A stretch of 64,000 nt of DNA, from NCBI GenBank assembly GCA_015064415.1, contig SVSG01000008.1:13306-77305 (forward strand). The letters are read 5' to 3'. Position 1 is the first letter of the stretch, and the number at the start of each line of letters is the position of its first letter. The notes under the pieces were generated by a model. The model was not told the origin of the DNA and did no database searches. It was given only the letters and a program-made list of their open reading frames with translations. A program made the translations under genes and the position numbers. The DNA is from Oscillospiraceae bacterium. GTDB lineage: Bacteria > Bacillota > Clostridia > Oscillospirales > CAG-272. Below, piece by piece: positions 63,716-64,000 of the stretch.

Positions 63716-64000
63716 AAAAGGAACTGATCTGTATCGTTTGCCCAATGGGCTGTGCCCTTTGTGCCGAAATGAACGAGAAGGGAGAGGTCGTTTCCGTGAC
63801 GGGCAATACCTGCCCGCGCGGCAAGGTTTATGCCGAGGCAGAGCTGACCCACCCCACCCGCACCCTGACCAGCACGGTGCGTATGAGTAACCGCACGGCG
63901 CTGTTGCCCGTAAAGACCAACCGTCCCATTTCCAAGGAAAAGATGATGGAGGTTATGGCCATGCTGCGCGACGTGCGCGCCACGGCGCCCGTGCACATCG
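63712..64000 (+). CDS. DUF1667 domain protein, 3' end cut by the window edge
   Basis: MKKELICIVCPMGCAL...VTGNTCPRGKVYA is typical of DUF1667. The ATG overlaps the previous stop (ATGA). Usual third member of this oxidoreductase trio. Confidence 0.7.
   Translation, partial: MKKELICIVCPMGCALCAEMNEKGEVVSVTGNTCPRGKVYAEAELTHPTRTLTSTVRMSNRTALLPVKTNRPISKEKMMEVMAMLRDVRATAPVHI

Overview
64-kb chromosomal segment with Clostridia-like gene content and visibly high GC in the core genes. Core content: potABCD, an M50 protease, ComEC-type MBL lipoproteins, gluQ, dxs, proC, an amino-acid ABC importer, a MATE pump, an ABC exporter with a DUF1854 partner, a GlpA-like/DUF1667 oxidoreductase trio, and many glycan-utilisation genes (NanA/DapA-like aldolase with YhcH, GH20, GH127-like, DUF4838, phosphodiester glycosidase). 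Two accessory regions interrupt this backbone. (1) About 11.35-14.3 kb: an AT-rich block directly downstream of a tRNA-Leu gene. It carries an XRE repressor, an ImmA/IrrE metalloprotease, a DUF4417 protein, two small overlapping ORFs, and an orphan promoter-plus-terminator unit whose first 28 nt recur 1.6 kb away. (2) About 18.46-31.98 kb: a 13.4-kb block bracketed by a 39-nt direct repeat, with no integrase and no phage structural genes. It contains a WYL-type regulator with a GNAT gene, divergent from a module of a coiled-coil protein, a 385-nt ORF-free spacer, an FtsH-like protein with degenerate ATPase and protease motifs, a protein with a sigma-70 region-4 HTH, and two small ORFs. A second module follows, headed by a 991-aa protein carrying the RxPxxxxG[DN]...DxDxD signature of eukaryote-type RdRPs and YonO-like two-barrel polymerases. 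Behind it sit Sel1-repeat proteins and an intact Vps4/katanin-clade AAA+ ATPase. I consider this polymerase-centred island the most likely undescribed system in the window. All family assignments are from motif recognition by eye, with no database searches. Other notable items: an intergenic repeat family at module boundaries, a 1358-aa surface protein with eight near-identical 66-67-aa Cys/His repeats, a ThyX-fold protein lacking the RHR motif next to a deoxynucleotidase-guanylate kinase fusion, and tandem duplicated SGNH lipoproteins.
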